DNA of 64,000 bases from Candidatus Eiseniibacteriota bacterium (GTDB lineage: Bacteria > Eisenbacteria > RBG-16-71-46), in assembly GCA_044223005.1 (NCBI GenBank), contig JBGAML010000022.1:1-64000 (forward strand), in the 5' to 3' direction. Of the stretch, positions 26,419 through 35,376 are shown one piece after another (the first letter of the stretch is position 1; each line of letters starts with the position of its first letter). The notes under the pieces were generated by a model, which had not been told where the DNA came from, did not search any database, and saw only the letters and a list, made by a program, of their open reading frames with translations. A program made the position numbers and the translations under genes.

Positions 26419-28346
26419 GTTCCGAGATCAGGACGGGCGCGGAAGCCCAGCGCGCTCCCAGCAGCCAGATGGTGAAGAAGGTCCCGGTCACGGGCGACGT
26501 GTCGCAGATGATCGGCGGGCAGATCACCGTCACGATCGACGGCAACGAGGTGAAGGTGCCCATGGGCACCACGATCCTCGAGGCCGCGAAGCACGTCGGC
26601 GTGCGGATCCCGACGCTGTGCCATCACCCCGACCTCTGCGTCGCCGGCGTCTGCCGAGTCTGCGTGGTCGAGGTCGAGGGCCAGCGCGCGCTGCAGGCCG
26701 CCTGCGCATATCCGGTGACGGGTTCGGTCAAGGTGCGCACGCACACTCGCAAGGTGCGCCAGGCGCGGCGCCACATCCTCGACCTGCTCCTCTCCACGCA
26801 CTACGGCGAGTGCTACAGCTGCAAGCGGAACAACAACTGCGAGCTCCAGTCGCTGGCCAAGGAGTACGGCGTCGACTTCTACCGGTTCGGGCACGTGACC
26901 ACGTCGCAGGTCCAGAAGGACGAGTCGAGCTACTCCGTGATCCGCGACATGGACAAGTGCATCCTCTGCCGTCGCTGCGTCCGCACGTGCATCGACGTGC
27001 AGGAGGTCGGCGTGCTCGAAGCCGTCGGCCGCGGCGACAAGACCCGCATCTCGACCTACCTCGACAAGGCGCTCGGCGACGTCGTCTGCATCAACTGCGG
27101 GCAGTGCATCAACCGCTGCCCCACCGGCGCGCTGCACGCCAACGACACGTCGGACGAGGTGTGGCAGGCGATCGACGATCCGACGAAGCACGTCGTGATC
27201 CAGACCGCCCCGAGTCCGCGCGCCGCGATCGGTGAGTGCTTCGGCTGCGAGCCCGGGACGCCGATGACGTACCAGCTCAACACCGCGCTCAAGCTCGCCG
27301 GGTTCGACAAGGTGTTCGACACCAACTTCTCGGCCGACCTCACGATCCTCGAGGAAGGGACCGAGCTGCTGCTCCGGCTGCAGAAGGCGCTGGTGAAGGG
27401 CGAGAAGACGGCCTTCCCGCAGTTCACGAGCTGTTCGCCGGGCTGGGTGAAGTTCCTCGAGCACTTCTACCCCGAGTACATCCCGAACCTGTCGTCCGCC
27501 AAGAGCCCGCAGCAGATGTTCGGCGCGGTGATCAAGACCTACTACGCGCAGCGCAACGGAATCGACCCGAAGGACATCGTCACGGTCGCCCTGATGCCGT
27601 GCTCGGCCAAGAAGTTCGAGTGCAACCGGCCCGAGATGGCGGACAGCGGCTTCAAGGACGTGGACTACGGCCTCACGACCCGCGAGCTGGCGCAGATGAT
27701 CCACGAGGCCGGCATCCACCTGCCCGACATGCCGCGGAGCGATTTCGACGATCCGTTCGGCACGGCCACGGGCTCGGGCGTGATCTTCGGCGCGACGGGC
27801 GGCGTGATGGAGGCCGCGCTGCGCACGGTGATCGAGCTGGTGACCGGGCTCAAGGTCGAGAAGCTCTTCGAGCACGCGAACATCGTTCCCGTCCGCGGGT
27901 TCGACGGCGTGCGCTACGTGGAGCTGCCCGTCCCGCAGGTCGCCGAGGTGCCCGCGATGCTGAAGAGCCTGATCCCCAGCTTCGAGTTCCTGAAGGGCCA
28001 GACGCTCAAGGTCGCCGTCGCGCACGGCACCGCGAACGCGCGGCGGGTGCTCGAGGACATCCAGGCCGGCGGGAAGTTCTCCGAGTGCCACTTCATCGAG
28101 TTCATGGGCTGCCCCGGCGGCTGTCTCGGCGGTGGCGGCCAGCCCATCCCGACATCGCCCGAGATCCGCGCGGCGCGGGCGCGGGCGATCTACGCGGAGG
28201 ACGCGGACTGCGTCGTGCGCAAGTCGCACGAGAACCCGGCGGTGCTGAAGCTCTACCAGGAGTTCTTCACCGACGGTCCGTGCGGGCATCGCAGCCACGA
28301 ACTCCTGCACACGCACTACACCCCGCGCGGCAAGCACATCGGCTGA
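26415..28346 (+). CDS. hydA: [FeFe]-hydrogenase catalytic subunit, group A
   Basis: [2Fe-2S], His-ligated and 2x[4Fe-4S] domains; P1 FTSCSPGW, P2 MPCSAKKFE, P3 EFMGCPGGCLGGGGQP; LLHTHY; ATGA overlap with upstream gene. Confidence 0.93.
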   Translation: MSSEIRTGAEAQRAPSSQMVKKVPVTGDVSQMIGGQITVTIDGNEVKVPMGTTILEAAKHVGVRIPTLCHHPDLCVAGVCRVCVVEVEGQRALQAACAYPVTGSVKVRTHTRKVRQARRHILDLLLSTHYGECYSCKRNNNCELQSLAKEYGVDFYRFGHVTTSQVQKDESSYSVIRDMDKCILCRRCVRTCIDVQEVGVLEAVGRGDKTRISTYLDKALGDVVCINCGQCINRCPTGALHANDTSDEVWQAIDDPTKHVVIQTAPSPRAAIGECFGCEPGTPMTYQLNTALKLAGFDKVFDTNFSADLTILEEGTELLLRLQKALVKGEKTAFPQFTSCSPGWVKFLEHFYPEYIPNLSSAKSPQQMFGAVIKTYYAQRNGIDPKDIVTVALMPCSAKKFECNRPEMADSGFKDVDYGLTTRELAQMIHEAGIHLPDMPRSDFDDPFGTATGSGVIFGATGGVMEAALRTVIELVTGLKVEKLFEHANIVPVRGFDGVRYVELPVPQVAEVPAMLKSLIPSFEFLKGQTLKVAVAHGTANARRVLEDIQAGGKFSECHFIEFMGCPGGCLGGGGQPIPTSPEIRAARARAIYAEDADCVVRKSHENPAVLKLYQEFFTDGPCGHRSHELLHTHYTPRGKHIG

Positions 28347-28751
28347 CGCGAGGCGATCCATGCACGGGGCGGTCCGCGACACGGGCCGCCCCGTCGCGTT
28401 GCCGCTCGCGCGAGTGCGCCCTTCGGCGTACGCACTTCCACGGAGGCGCGCGTGCATTCCGCACAGGCACGATACGTGGGCGTGAAATCCGCCATGAAAC
28501 GTTCACGCGTGCGGGACAATTCTCATCCGACCGGAGAAGCGCGCGTTGTGCGCGCAACGTGCCGCCGATACCGTCGATGTCGGAGTGGTGCGACGCCACT
28601 CGTCTGGGAGGCGCCGCGCCGTGACACCGACGGGCGCGTTGCCGCACGGCTCGAGCCCGTCATCCGGAAGCGAATCGTACGAACGGCTCGTGCCTGATCC
28701 ATAGCAGTCGCCGTTCCCGTGCACGGCCCTCGCGGCCGTGGGGACCGATCG

Positions 28752-30749
28752 ATGGCCAACGTGGTGTACGGAGTGTGGGACGGGGTGGTGCACGATCATC
28801 GTGACCCCGCCTCGGAGGCGGGCCCCGAACTGGCAGGCCTGCAGGGATTCGACGAGTTCAACGCCGGCAACGGCATCCGCGCCTTCTTCGGCGATCGCGG
28901 CTTCTTCGTGTTCGATCGCCGCACCAACCTCACCGACGCGCTCTGGCGCTACCTGGAGAAGGCGGCCGAGCAGTCGTGCGGCAAGTGCACCCCGTGCCGC
29001 GTCGGCACCGTGATCCTGCGCGACGCGCTCGGCGCGATCCGCCGCGGCGAGCGCGGCACGATGAGCCTCGCGGACATGGAAGCCATCGCCGAACAGATGA
29101 CGACCACGTCGCTCTGCGGGCTCGGCCAGACCTGCGCGCGCGCCCTGCTCGCGGCGGTGCGGAACTTCCGCGACGTGCTGGAAGCCGAGGCCGAGAACGC
29201 CCCGGGGCCGATCCAGTACGGCATGACGTACATGACGGCGCCGTGCATCGAGGCGTGTCCGTCCAAGATCAACGTCCCGCGGTACATCGACTACATCCGC
29301 GACGGCAAGCCCGCGCACTCGCTGGGCGTGATCCTGCAGAAGTACCCGATGGCCGCGACCTGCGGCCGCGTCTGCGTGCGGTTCTGCGAGATGGCCTGCC
29401 GCCGCAACCTGGTCGACGAGGCGGTCGGCATCAAGACGCTCAAGCGCTACGTGGCCGATCAGCAGAAGGGCCCCAATGCCATCGCGTTCACGCGCGACAT
29501 GATCGCCGACCCGCTCGGGCCGGAGATGCGCGTCGCGGTCGTGGGCGCCGGTCCCGCGGGCATCTCGTGCGCCTACCACCTGCTGCTGCACGGCTACCAC
29601 GTCGACGTGCTCGAGGCGATGGAGGTCGCGGGCGGCATGGCGGCGATCGGGATCCCGAGCTACCGCCTCCCGAAGGACGTGCTCCGCTCCGAGACCGGCA
29701 TCATCACCGCGCTCGGCGGCCGCGTGCTCTACGGCCAGGCGCTCGGACGCGACTTCTCGGTCGACGACCTGTTCGCGCGCGGCTACCGAGCGATCTTCCT
29801 CGCGCTCGGGTGCCAGCAGGGTTCGCTGCTCGGCGTCGCGAACGAAGACCCCGACATGCCCGGCTACAAGGCCGGCATCGCGTTCCTGCTCGAGGTACAC
29901 GACCACGTCGCCGGCCTGCAGAAGACGCCGCTCGCGGGGCGCGTGATCGTGGTGGGCGGCGGCAACGTCGCGATGGACTGCGCGCGCTCCGCCCTGCGCA
30001 TGGGCGCCTCGGAGGTGCACGTCGTCTACCGCCGCACGCGCGACGACATGCCGGCCGACCACGAGGAGGTCGAAGCGGCCGAGAAGGAAGGCATCGTCTT
30101 CCACTTCCTCACCAACCCCTCGCGGATCCTCGCCGAGAACGGCCGCGTGGCCGGCGTCGAGCTGGTGGCGATGGAGCAGACCGAGCCCGACGCGCGCGGC
30201 CGGCGCAACGTGAAGCCGGTCGCGGGCAGCGAACACGAGTTGCGCGGCGAGATCCTGATCGCCGCGATCGGGCAGCAGGTGCGCCAGGGCGCGCTGGCCG
30301 AGCCGGACGGCGTCGACTTCGATCGCTGGAACTGCCTCGCCACCGACCCGGGCTCGCTCGTCACGTCGCGGCCGGGTGTGTTCGCGGGCGGCGACTGCGC
30401 GACCGGGCCGTCCACGCTGATCCACGCGATGGCGGCCGGCCTGCACGCGGCGCGCAGCATCGACGACTGGATCCGCGAGGGACAGGTGCGGTTCTCGCCC
30501 CGCTCGCGCATGCGCAAGCTCCTCAACGAGCACCGCATGCTCGCCGCGGACAGCGTGGAGTTCCCGGTGCGGCCGCAGTACCGCGTGCACCATCCCGAAC
30601 TCGATCCGGAAGTGCGCAAGGGCATGTTCGAGGAGGTCGAGCAGACGATCGGCGTCGCCGAGGCTTACCACGAGGCCAAGCGCTGCCTTCGCTGCTACCG
30701 CGTCTACTCCGTCGTCACCGCGCAGCCCATCCCGGAAGGAGCGGCCTAG
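28752..30749 (+). CDS. GltD/NfnB-like FAD-dependent oxidoreductase with N-terminal NuoF-type [4Fe-4S] domain
   Basis: QSCGKCTPCRVG...CGLG; PCIEACP, CGRVCVRFCEMAC; VGAGPAG; GIPSYRLP; GGGNVAMD...YRR; GGDCATG; RCLRC. Confidence 0.88.
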   Translation: MANVVYGVWDGVVHDHRDPASEAGPELAGLQGFDEFNAGNGIRAFFGDRGFFVFDRRTNLTDALWRYLEKAAEQSCGKCTPCRVGTVILRDALGAIRRGERGTMSLADMEAIAEQMTTTSLCGLGQTCARALLAAVRNFRDVLEAEAENAPGPIQYGMTYMTAPCIEACPSKINVPRYIDYIRDGKPAHSLGVILQKYPMAATCGRVCVRFCEMACRRNLVDEAVGIKTLKRYVADQQKGPNAIAFTRDMIADPLGPEMRVAVVGAGPAGISCAYHLLLHGYHVDVLEAMEVAGGMAAIGIPSYRLPKDVLRSETGIITALGGRVLYGQALGRDFSVDDLFARGYRAIFLALGCQQGSLLGVANEDPDMPGYKAGIAFLLEVHDHVAGLQKTPLAGRVIVVGGGNVAMDCARSALRMGASEVHVVYRRTRDDMPADHEEVEAAEKEGIVFHFLTNPSRILAENGRVAGVELVAMEQTEPDARGRRNVKPVAGSEHELRGEILIAAIGQQVRQGALAEPDGVDFDRWNCLATDPGSLVTSRPGVFAGGDCATGPSTLIHAMAAGLHAARSIDDWIREGQVRFSPRSRMRKLLNEHRMLAADSVEFPVRPQYRVHHPELDPEVRKGMFEEVEQTIGVAEAYHEAKRCLRCYRVYSVVTAQPIPEGAA

Positions 30750-30752
30750 GCC

Positions 30753-32597
30753 ATGAGCGAACTCGTCACGATCGTCGACCCGGCCGCTCCGGTGCACGCC
30801 CTCCTCAACGGCGTGGCCGTCGAGTCGCACGCCGGCGAGACCATTCTGCAGTGCGCGCGCCGGTACGGCGTGCACATCCCCACGCTGTGCGAGATGGACG
30901 ACATCGACCATGCGCCCGGCACCTGCCGCGTCTGCCTCGTCGAGGCCGACATCCCGGGCCGCGACGCCACGCTGGTCGTCACCGCGTGCAACACGCCCAT
31001 GCAGGAGGGCATGGCGATCCACACGCGCACGCGCAAGGTGCGCGAGATGCAGCGGCTGCAGGTCGAGCTGCTGCTCGCGGACCACGACCAGGACTGCGCC
31101 ACCTGCATCCGCCACGGCAACTGCGAGCTGCAGGACGTCGCGCAGTTCGTGGGCCTGCGCACGAACCGCTTCTTCGACGAGGCCCGCGTGGCCGCGCGCC
31201 CCGTCGACCGCTCCTCCCCCGCGCTGATCCGCGACATGAGCAAGTGCATCCGCTGCCAGCGCTGCATCGCGATCTGCCGCGACGGTCAGGGCGTGGACGC
31301 GCTCGTCGTCGCGGGCACGGGCCAGGACACCTCGGTGGGCCTGCGCTACGGGCTCTCGCAGGCCGACTCGACCTGCGTCACCTGCGGCCAGTGCGTGCTC
31401 GTCTGCCCGACCGGCGCGCTCGGCGAGCGCGACGAGGTCGAGCGCGTGATCGAGTACCTCAACGATCCGTCCGTGGTCACGGTGTTCCAGTTCGCCCCGG
31501 CGCTGCGGGTGGGCTTCGGCGAAGAGTTCGGCATGACGCCGGGCACCAACGTCGAGGGCCACATCATCGCCGCGCTGCGGCGGCTGGGCGCCGACATCGT
31601 GCTCGACACGAACTTCGCCGCCGACGTCGTGATCATGGAGGAAGGAACCGAGCTCCTGCGGCGGCTGAACGAAGGGCACCGGCCCACGTTCACGTCGTGC
31701 TGCCCGGCGTGGATCAACTTCGCCGAACGCCACTATCCGCAGATCCTGCCGATGCTGTCGTCGACCAAGTCGCCGCAGCAGACGCTCGGGATCATCGCCA
31801 AGACCTACCTGCCCGAGAAGATGGGCATCGACCCCGCGAACGTGCGGGTGATCTCGCTGATGCCCTGCACGGCCAAGAAGGACGAGGCCGTCCGGCCCGC
31901 GCTCCAGCACGGCAAGGTGCCCGAGGTCGACGTCGTGCTCACGACGCGCGAGTTCGTGCGGCTGCTGCGGCGCGAGGGCATCGACCTGCGGGCGCTGGAG
32001 CCGTCGACGTTCGACAACCCGTACATGAGCGACTACTCGGGCGCCGGCGTCATCTTCGGCACCACGGGCGGCGTCATGGAGGCGGCAGTGCGCACCATGT
32101 ACCACGCCGTCAACGGACGCGAGCTCGAGCACGTGGAGCTCGAGCAGCTGCGCGGCTTCGACGGCGTGCGCACGGCGACCGTGGACCTGGGCGGCGCGAT
32201 CGGCGCCGTGAAGGTGGCCATGTGCCACGGCCTCAAGCCCACGCGCCAGATCGTGGAGGCCGTGCTCGCGGGCGAGGCCGATCTCGACTTCATCGAGATC
32301 ATGGCCTGTCCCGGCGGCTGCGTGGACGGCGGCGGCACGCTGCGGTCCAAGAAGGCGTACCTGCCTCACGCCATGAAGCGCCGCGAGACGCTGTTCGGCA
32401 TCGACCGGGCGCGGACCGTGCGCCAATCGCACAACAACCCGCAGGTACAGAAGCTCTACCGCGACTACCTCGAGCGGCCGTACTCCGAGAAGGCGCACTA
32501 CCTGCTGCACACGTACTACGCGGACCGCCACGTCGAGATGAACCGCACCGTGAACCAGATCTGGAACGAGATCACGATGAGCACGATGGTGTACTGA
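30753..32597 (+). CDS. hydA: Second [FeFe]-hydrogenase catalytic subunit, group A
   Basis: Same accessory cluster set; P1 FTSCCPAW, P2 MPCTAKKDE, P3 EIMACPGGCVDGGG; LLHTYY. Confidence 0.93.
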   Translation: MSELVTIVDPAAPVHALLNGVAVESHAGETILQCARRYGVHIPTLCEMDDIDHAPGTCRVCLVEADIPGRDATLVVTACNTPMQEGMAIHTRTRKVREMQRLQVELLLADHDQDCATCIRHGNCELQDVAQFVGLRTNRFFDEARVAARPVDRSSPALIRDMSKCIRCQRCIAICRDGQGVDALVVAGTGQDTSVGLRYGLSQADSTCVTCGQCVLVCPTGALGERDEVERVIEYLNDPSVVTVFQFAPALRVGFGEEFGMTPGTNVEGHIIAALRRLGADIVLDTNFAADVVIMEEGTELLRRLNEGHRPTFTSCCPAWINFAERHYPQILPMLSSTKSPQQTLGIIAKTYLPEKMGIDPANVRVISLMPCTAKKDEAVRPALQHGKVPEVDVVLTTREFVRLLRREGIDLRALEPSTFDNPYMSDYSGAGVIFGTTGGVMEAAVRTMYHAVNGRELEHVELEQLRGFDGVRTATVDLGGAIGAVKVAMCHGLKPTRQIVEAVLAGEADLDFIEIMACPGGCVDGGGTLRSKKAYLPHAMKRRETLFGIDRARTVRQSHNNPQVQKLYRDYLERPYSEKAHYLLHTYYADRHVEMNRTVNQIWNEITMSTMVY

Positions 32598-32686
32598 CCG
32601 CGGTCTCCCCCGACGCCGGCATCCCCCGCGGCGTCCGCGGCGCCCGTTCGCTCCGGCGAGCGGGCGTTCGCGTCTCCGGCCGCGTC

Positions 32687-32995
32687 TCAGTCCGCGAGCC
32701 GCAGCCGCACGAGCGTCGCGCCCCAGTGCCCGCGTCCGGCCGGTGCGTCGGCGTACGACTCCACCTCCGGGTGCGCCGCGAGCAGCGAACGCACGCGCTC
32801 GCGCTGGACGCCGATCCCCTTGCCGTGGATCAGCCGTACCTCGCGGAAGCCCGCCGCGCGCGCCGCGTCGAGGTAGTCGCGCACGACGTCCGGCACGTCG
32901 CGCGGCCGGAACGAGTGCAGGTCGAGCGCGTCCTCGATCGGGAGCTCGTGCGGGGCGCCGCCGTCGTCCCTTTCGTCCTCGGGGTCGCCGCTCAC
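32687..32995 (-). CDS. Smr/MutS2 C-terminal domain protein
   Basis: LDLH, IHGKGIG, GHWGAT motifs. Confidence 0.88.
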   Translation of the reverse strand: MSGDPEDERDDGGAPHELPIEDALDLHSFRPRDVPDVVRDYLDAARAAGFREVRLIHGKGIGVQRERVRSLLAAHPEVESYADAPAGRGHWGATLVRLRLAD

Positions 32996-32999
32996 GGCC

Positions 33000-34583
33000 T
33001 CACCAGTCCACGGGGCGATAGTCCTTCAGGAACTTGCCCCACAGGTGCTCACCGGTGTTGCAGCCCGCGATGATCGGGTCGACGATCCGCGCCGCGCCGT
33101 CGACGATGTCGAGCGGCGGGTGAAAGCGGTGTTCGAGCCGCTTGCGCTCCGCGATCTCGGCCGGGTCCTCGTCGGTCACCCAGCCCGTGTCGACGGCGTT
33201 CATGTGGATGCCGTCGCGCACGTAGTCGGCCGCGGCCGTGCGCGTCATCATGTTGAGCGACGCCTTGGCCATGTTGGTGTGCGGGTGCCGCGTCGTCTTG
33301 GTGCGCCGGTAGAACTGGCCCTCGACGGCGGACACGTTGACCACGTGCTTGTCGCGCTCCGGAGTGCGCAGCATGAGCGGCTTGAGCCGCGCGTTCAGCA
33401 CGAACGGCGCGACCGCGTTCACGAGGTGCACCTCGAGCAGCTCCACGGTGGGCACCTCGGCCATGTGCATCCGCCACGAATTGCGGTCGCGCAGGTCCAC
33501 CTGCTGCAGGTCCTGGTCGAGCCGGCCCTGCGGGAACAGGTGCTTCTGCGCCTCGCGCTCCTCCTCGAGCAACCGCAGCTGCGAGAGTTCGGCGGCGTGC
33601 GTGAGTCCGGCGAGTTCGGGGAGCGACGGCAGCGCCGGGGCCTCGCCCGTGCCCCCTTCCGGCAGCAGGTGGTAGCCGCGCAGGCCCGCCCAGCGGCCCA
33701 GCACGCGCTGCACCTCCGGCGCCGCGTCGCGCAGCGCGCCCGTCTCGCCCTCCATCATGTGGGCGTAGAACTCCGGCGGCCGCCGCACGGTCTGGCACGC
33801 GTTGTTGACGATGAAATCGAGCCGCGGCTGGGTCTCGAGCAGCAGCCGGCAGAACGCCTCGACGCTCGGCGTGTGCCGCAGGTCGAGCCCGTAGATCTCG
33901 AGCCGGTCCGCCCACTCGGCGAAGTCGGGCTCGCCCGCGTACCGCGCGGCCGCGTCGCGCGGGAAGCGCGTGCTCACGATCAGCTTCGCGCCGCAGCGCA
34001 GGAGCTTCAAGCCCGCCTGGTAGCCGATCTTGACCCGCGCTCCGGTCACGAGCGCCACGCGGCCGCGCAGGTCCGCGAGCTCGGTGCGCTTGGCGTAGTT
34101 GAACGCCGCGCACTCCGGGCACATCTGGTCGTAGAAGTGGTGCACCTCGGTGTAGTCGCGCTTGCAGACGTAGCAGTTCTGTTCGCGGACGGCCTCGCCC
34201 GCCGAGTCGGGCGCGTCGTCCACATCCACCGTGCGCTCGCCCTCCAGCGACGCCGGCGACGGCAGGAGCGTCACGGTCGGGAACACGGGCGCCCGCCGCA
34301 GCTCGCGGATGCCGGTGGATTCCAGCATGCGCTCGTCGCGCGCGATCCGGCCCTGGCGGCGGAGCTTGAGCGTCTCCTTCACCAGGTTGCGCCGGGCGGC
34401 CGGATCGGGGTGGTACACCTCGCCGGCGGCGCGGATCAGGCGCTGGCGCTCGTCGGCGCTGAGGTGCGCGAGGGTGCGGCGGTTGCGGGCGGCGAGCTCG
34501 AGCGCCTCGGTCGCGGCCAGCAGCCGCGCCCGCAGCGCCTCGTCGCGAGGTTCGTCGGGGGTCGCATCCTTCAGGGTGGTCAT
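33000..34583 (-). CDS. SDR-family oxidoreductase with N-terminal Cys4 extension
   Basis: ALVTGARVKIG, VNNA, NVSAVEG, HPHTNMAK, NAVDTGW; CYVC...CPEC. Confidence 0.85.
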   Translation of the reverse strand: MTTLKDATPDEPRDEALRARLLAATEALELAARNRRTLAHLSADERQRLIRAAGEVYHPDPAARRNLVKETLKLRRQGRIARDERMLESTGIRELRRAPVFPTVTLLPSPASLEGERTVDVDDAPDSAGEAVREQNCYVCKRDYTEVHHFYDQMCPECAAFNYAKRTELADLRGRVALVTGARVKIGYQAGLKLLRCGAKLIVSTRFPRDAAARYAGEPDFAEWADRLEIYGLDLRHTPSVEAFCRLLLETQPRLDFIVNNACQTVRRPPEFYAHMMEGETGALRDAAPEVQRVLGRWAGLRGYHLLPEGGTGEAPALPSLPELAGLTHAAELSQLRLLEEEREAQKHLFPQGRLDQDLQQVDLRDRNSWRMHMAEVPTVELLEVHLVNAVAPFVLNARLKPLMLRTPERDKHVVNVSAVEGQFYRRTKTTRHPHTNMAKASLNMMTRTAAADYVRDGIHMNAVDTGWVTDEDPAEIAERKRLEHRFHPPLDIVDGAARIVDPIIAGCNTGEHLWGKFLKDYRPVDW

Positions 34584-34640
34584 GCGGGAAGCGTAAACGA
34601 CCGGGGCGCCCGGCGCACCGTGCCCGGCGACGGCCCGGGG

Positions 34641-35132
34641 TCAGCCGCCGGTCTCTTCGAACCGGCCCGTCGCGCGATTCTTGCGCACGTTGTTCCAGTG
34701 GAACGCGCGGCCGTTCATGGCCACGTAGACGCCGTGCGGGAGCGACTGGGCGAAGGCGAGTGCACTGCCGAGGTTGAAGAGCCCGTCGGAGCTGCCGAAC
34801 GTGTACGGCACCATCGCACCCGTGAGCACGATCGTCTGGTTCTTCACGCGCTCGCCGAGGAACCGGGCCGTGTCGGTCATGGTGTCCGTGCCGTGCGTGA
34901 TCACCACCCGATCCTCGCCCGCGTCGGAGCAGCTTTTCAGGATCAGCTCGCGATCGACGTCGGTCATCTCGGTGCTGTCGATCATCATCAGCACCCGGAC
35001 GTCGAGCTCGAGTTGGCTGCGCCCCAGCTTGAGCATCTCGCGCAGGTGGGTGTCCTTGAAGAACAGCGAGCCCGAGAGCTCGTTGTATTCCTTGTCGAAC
35101 GTGCCGCCGGTGACCAGGACGCGGATCTTCAC
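34641..35132 (-). CDS. Short asparaginase-domain protein
   Basis: TGGT, IDS, ITHGTDTM, VLTGAM, FNL motifs; only the N-terminal domain (163 aa). Confidence 0.88.
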   Translation of the reverse strand: MKIRVLVTGGTFDKEYNELSGSLFFKDTHLREMLKLGRSQLELDVRVLMMIDSTEMTDVDRELILKSCSDAGEDRVVITHGTDTMTDTARFLGERVKNQTIVLTGAMVPYTFGSSDGLFNLGSALAFAQSLPHGVYVAMNGRAFHWNNVRKNRATGRFEETGG

Positions 35133-35376
35133 GTCAGCGTTCCTCCCATGCTGGACTTCTCGGCGAACCGGGCGGTGGTGTCAAGCCCGCCGGCCTCGCG
35201 CCGGGAATCGCCCCCGGCGCAGGCGCCGGCGCCGAGGGCCCGGGGCCCGGGAGGCTCGCCCCGGAGCCCCGGGAGCACGTCGCAATGCCCCCTCCCCCCG
35301 GGAATCGGCGTGCGCGTGCGTTTTGTCCCCCTGGCGACGTTATGGATTTGATCGTCCAACCTCGGGAGACCCCACC

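Noticed and set aside
28480..28512. Rex-like operator (catgaa-acg-ttcacg) before the second hydrogenase
   Set aside because: Spacer one base short and arms deviate from TTGTGAA-N4-TTCACAA
28752..30749. Glutamate synthase small subunit gltD
   Set aside because: No gltB adjacent; extra N-terminal cluster domain; 3 nt from a hydrogenase gene
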